In this document: positions 62,100 to 64,000 of the stretch, in pieces
Position numbering within the stretch: the first letter of the stretch is position 1
Layout: each line of letters starts with the position of its first letter
Origin: Veleropilina oligotropha
Lineage: Eukaryota
Direction: 5' to 3'
Assembly: GCA_048128005.1 (NCBI GenBank)
Contig: JBEUKZ010000111.1
Coordinates: forward strand, 186,001-250,000
DNA length: 64,000 nucleotides
Notes under the pieces: model-generated
Databases searched by the model: none
The model's input: the letters and a program-made list of their open reading frames with translations, nothing else
What the model was told of the DNA's origin: nothing
Translations under genes and position numbers: made by a program

Positions 62100-62268
62100 T
62101 GAGGCATTGACATTTGTTCAAGTTATGAATCACAGTTGTCCGCGACTGGCCGAAGAGGGAGGGTTTACCCGGGCGACTGGGGTTTCCTCCCGCGATACCA
62201 CAGACTTGTCCTGCCTTGAACCTCGATGTTGTAAATGTAGAGGACATTAAGCATCATTCCTCCCTCCC
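62100..62268 (+). mobile_element. 5'-truncated SINE (same family)
   Basis: Matches ~12749-12917, including the cattcctccctccc tail. Confidence 0.85.
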
Positions 62269-63223
62269 TAACTTGGGCAAAGTTACTTGGATAAAAATAG
62301 GTATGGTTGCGATCGGCCGATACCAACTTGCCGCGAGGGTTCGAGGTCCACCGGCATGTGGCAAAGCTCTATTATAATAATACAATATGATGACGTGCAT
62401 ATAATTATTATAGGCGACAATAAACATTTAATTCAAACAATTTGTCTATACATCATGACAATATGGTTATACAGTTTAAACACTTACCGATTGTTTATTA
62501 TCTTCACGTTGGGGCAAGGTACATCTGGGGTGGGTGAGTGTTTTCATCGTTTATACAATCTGAAATAAAACATAATTGTCATATATGTCATGTAATGATG
62601 GTGACGCTGAAGTCAGTACACTCGTGTTAAACTTTGTGACGGAGTGTATGCTCAAAAGACAACAATTTATGACCACAACCGTATGAACTTTAACTTCATT
62701 AATTATGTCAAGGTAGTTTGTATTTTTACTTATATATATTTTTCCCAGGTGAAGTACTAAGTACATGTATTTGTTCGTGCTAATATGATGTACTTTTCGA
62801 TATATTAGGTTTGTCCCATCACGTACGTGATTATTTGTGCAGTGGGACCTCGTAATCCGCTCTGGTCAGTGGGCTTCTTCGGGCTGGTGGGTTACTACGA
62901 CATGATCATAGGGTGGTGTTCCGCAATACCGCCTGGCGGTCATGGCGTGACTTTTCGGTCTGGGGAGGGTCCGCCGGCCGGGGGGGGGGGTCTTGCTGGG
63001 CAGATGTTCGTGATGAGGCAAACCTGATTTATTTATTTATTTAAAAAATCAAACCTATGAATCGCATTACATTTAGTATCATTTGATTAACTTAACTATT
63101 TTATGTTTGTATGCCTACAATTATTTTATCACCATGTTATGTTTTATTGTCTTTTTCCAAAGCTATATCTGCTTGTATGTAGATGTTGTGCTTATTAAAA
63201 TGTATTGATTGATTGATATAATG

Positions 63224-63393
63224 ATGTTATCAGTATTGTGTGGATTCTGTCACCTCGGAAACCTCGAGTGACCTCGTAGTTTTTGCGGCGGATTAACCGC
63301 GAGAACGAAGTTCGAGCGGATTAATCCGCCGCAAAAACTACGACCTCACGAGAGGTTTCCGAGGTGACATAACCCACACAATACTGAAAACAT
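63224..63393. repeat. Long imperfect palindrome (~170 bp)
   Basis: Arms atgttatcagtattgtgtgg...tagtttttgcggcggattaa and ttaatccgccgcaaaaactac...ccacacaatactgaaaacat. Confidence 0.9.
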
Positions 63394-64000
63394 TTTTATT
63401 ATATGCCACAATCAATCCTGTCAATTATTATACGAAAAAATACAAACCAGTTTATGTGAAGAAATTGTCGGTTTATTTTAAATAACGTGAACTATATGAC
63501 AACGTGGAACAGTATACATGTTATGCGGTTTTTATGAATGAAACTTACTACGTCTATTTTGACAGTAGGCCAATGAACAATTTGCGTTCTGCCGTATATT
63601 TTACAACAACACATTTATAAGCAAAAAATTTCTGACATGTATTAAAAATACCATTTATATAATATTTAACTAATTATTTACCATCTATCGCTTTTCGTGA
63701 ATCTAAATTAAGGCGATAAAATGGGAACTATTTCTTAGGCGAATGAACAAGGAACAAACAAGTAACGTGGTCAGACGTGTTCGTTTATAGAGTTGAATTA
63801 ATTGTTATGGCTATGCTGAAAGTGCAGGTGTATAAGGATATTTGAATGCTGCTTCGATGACTGACTGGAACGGGACTATTATGTATATGGTACGGGAGGA
63901 CTTCGGAACGTACGCGAGCTCGTGATTTGTTTTCCTGCCATGAAGACCGCCATTTGTTATATCTTCTTCTCCCGGTAATGTGCCGGGCTCAATGTTGAGC

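Overview
This is eukaryotic, AT-rich, repeat-dense DNA, probably from an invertebrate such as a mollusc (inferred from the repeat families and an nSTAND3-like NTPase; not provable here). Bases 1-26490 are a satellite array of a ~420-bp dimeric monomer. It is interrupted by a decayed Ty3/Gypsy LTR retrotransposon (4586-9199), two tRNA-derived SINEs and a 2.8-kb Helentron-like (HINE) element. Each satellite half-unit carries an acceptor / 48- or 54-nt frame-preserving segment / donor signature resembling an exon. Bases 26.5-33.7 kb hold LINE debris. The main feature is a 16.4-kb GC-rich endogenous Polinton-like virus (33720-50133) with ~200-bp terminal inverted repeats, G6/C7 ends and an ATAAA target-site duplication, inserted into the endonuclease domain of a CR1-type LINE. 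It encodes a retroviral-type integrase, a packaging ATPase, putative major and minor capsid proteins, several membrane proteins and a secreted Cys-rich protein. In place of a canonical pPolB it has one ~4-kb gene, frameshifted into 4 pieces, that joins a divergent family-B polymerase domain, an SF1 helicase and a C-terminal HNH-like nuclease. No adenain-like protease is recognisable. Many viral genes carry stops or frameshifts. Bases 50.7-64 kb contain a disrupted nSTAND3-like NTPase exon, duplicated 75-nt exons, SINEs, HINE-like elements and a long hairpin. All protein calls come from motif recognition by eye; no database searches were run.
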